DNA from: a virus
Lineage: Duplodnaviria; Caudoviricetes
Strand: one strand, 5' to 3'
DNA length: 37,014 nucleotides
Virus record (IMG/VR): IMGVR_UViG_3300025723_000097
Location: 1 to 37,014 of that record
Under the pieces are notes generated by a model, which had not been told where the DNA came from, did no database searches, and saw only the letters and a list, made by a program, of their open reading frames with translations. Within the stretch, counting starts at the first letter, position 1. The number at the start of each line of letters is the position of its first letter. The translations under genes and the position numbers were made by a program. Positions 35,966 through 37,014 of this stretch are shown piece after piece.

Positions 35966-36691
35966 ATGGCCCAACTACCATTTGATTGGTCTAAACTTGA
36001 TAGAAGTACTCTGTATTCCTTATTCTATTCGTTGAACGACGAATTAGTAGGTAAGGAACTGTCTCCTAGTCAGATTCAAAAACGCATTATCAGACATATT
36101 AAGGCTTATTTGCCCGTAAAAATTAAAAAATGTTTGTACGCACCTACTACTCCAGGATTTGTTTTTATGGGTGGGGTATACTATAGTAATTTGGACCACA
36201 AAGGTAAACCTGCTATAGAAGTCAATTTTAATTATAATCCAGACGATAAAAAATTAAAACTAACCCAACACCGTTTCAAACGTATGGCTGTACGTTTCGC
36301 AGATGTTGTACTTCACGAAATAGTACATATGAGACAGTTCCGTGCTAGAAACTTTAAAAATATTCCAGGCTATCAAAGCACAGCAGAATATGCTAAAGAT
36401 CGTAAGAAACAAGAATATTACGGCGACAGGGACGAAATGGGTGCCCATGCTTTCAATACTGCTTGTGAACTAATAGATCGTTTTGGCTACGATCCTACCA
36501 CTATAGCTCAATACTTGGATTCAAACCAATGCCGTAGACATAAAAATTCCACTTGGACTGATTATTTGAAAGCATTTGATTGGAATCATGATCATCCAAT
36601 TATACGCAGAATGAGAAATTTGATCTTGCGCAATTTGGAAAATGCCGCCGACGGCAAGCCATTTAAGACCAACAACCACTTGACATACTGA
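35966..36691 (+). CDS. Hypothetical protein with HEXXH...E motif
   Basis: VLHEIVHMRQ...YYGDRDEMGAHA. Confidence 0.65.
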   Translation: MAQLPFDWSKLDRSTLYSLFYSLNDELVGKELSPSQIQKRIIRHIKAYLPVKIKKCLYAPTTPGFVFMGGVYYSNLDHKGKPAIEVNFNYNPDDKKLKLTQHRFKRMAVRFADVVLHEIVHMRQFRARNFKNIPGYQSTAEYAKDRKKQEYYGDRDEMGAHAFNTACELIDRFGYDPTTIAQYLDSNQCRRHKNSTWTDYLKAFDWNHDHPIIRRMRNLILRNLENAADGKPFKTNNHLTY

Positions 36692-36708
36692 TAATTACTC
36701 TGTATAAT
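36680..36708 (+). promoter_or_regulatory. Consensus sigma70 promoter
   Basis: TTGACA-17 nt-TATAAT. Confidence 0.85.
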
Positions 36709-36740
36709 ATACACTTATACAGTTAATCATTGGAGTCACT

Positions 36741-37014
36741 ATGAGCGTTTGTGCCAGTCACATTTGGAGTTTGGAAAGTCATCCAAGCCGTTTAAACAAA
36801 GAAGCTATTATCCTAGCTATTGCTCAAGAAGGCAATAAGGAATTCTTTGAAGGCTGTCGACTTGCGCTCGACCCAATGATCACTTTTGGGCTTAAACAAA
36901 TACCGGAGAAACAAGATGAAGATGGTCCTGGGCTACCTTGGGATAGTTTTACTCTCGCTCTTACTGGCTTTACAACTCGCAATGTCACAGGCAATACAGC
37001 TCGCGACATGATTC
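36741..37014 (+). CDS. ATP-dependent DNA ligase (T4 gp30-like) N-terminus, 3'-partial
   Basis: GGAG RBS; hand translation SRLNKEAII...LALDPMITFGLKQIP...TRNVTGNTAR resembles the phage ligase N-terminal domain; catalytic motifs lie outside the window. Confidence 0.65.
   Translation, partial: MSVCASHIWSLESHPSRLNKEAIILAIAQEGNKEFFEGCRLALDPMITFGLKQIPEKQDEDGPGLPWDSFTLALTGFTTRNVTGNTARDMI

Noticed and set aside
341-37009. Antisense and nested ORFs in the track (e.g. 2674..3369 -, 19350..20072 +, 30053..30505 -, 32439..32924 -, 36824..37009 -)
   Set aside because: They are shadows of motif-bearing genes on the other strand or frame, with no RBS or recognisable motif
1-37014. Stop-codon reassignment as seen in some large phages
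   Set aside because: Known proteins (IF-1, ClpP, radical SAMs) are full length under code 11 and coding density is already high

Overview
A densely coding segment of a large dsDNA tailed phage genome (T4-like/jumbo type, standard genetic code, probably a Gram-negative host). It has four parts. (1) 1-4409: small + strand early-type genes, including a repeated 'HFGVEE' paralog family, a PTH2-like hydrolase, a CX5R phosphatase, a metallophosphoesterase and a P-loop kinase. (2) 4528-6126: an Mtd_N-type tail-fibre/virion gene between two intrinsic terminators. (3) 6180-26729: a ~20.5 kb island of 25 genes in six alternating-strand blocks, almost all tailoring enzymes: 7 radical SAM (one with a Tes/GDGT-MAS-like N-terminus), about 8 Fe(II)/2OG-type oxygenases, 2 QueC-like, 2 SGNH-like, 2 degenerate kinase-like, a desaturase, a methyltransferase, a possible GNAT and one unknown. 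Most blocks start with a TAAATA-like box only 4-6 nt before the ATG. (4) 26764-37014: a 117-nt tRNA-like RNA with a 24-nt structured anticodon loop behind a perfect sigma70 promoter, then IF-1, AbrB-like, HEXXH proteins, a lipoprotein/membrane cluster (including entericidin-like), MazG-like, ClpP and the start of an ATP-dependent DNA ligase. All functional calls come from motifs recognised by eye; no searches were run.
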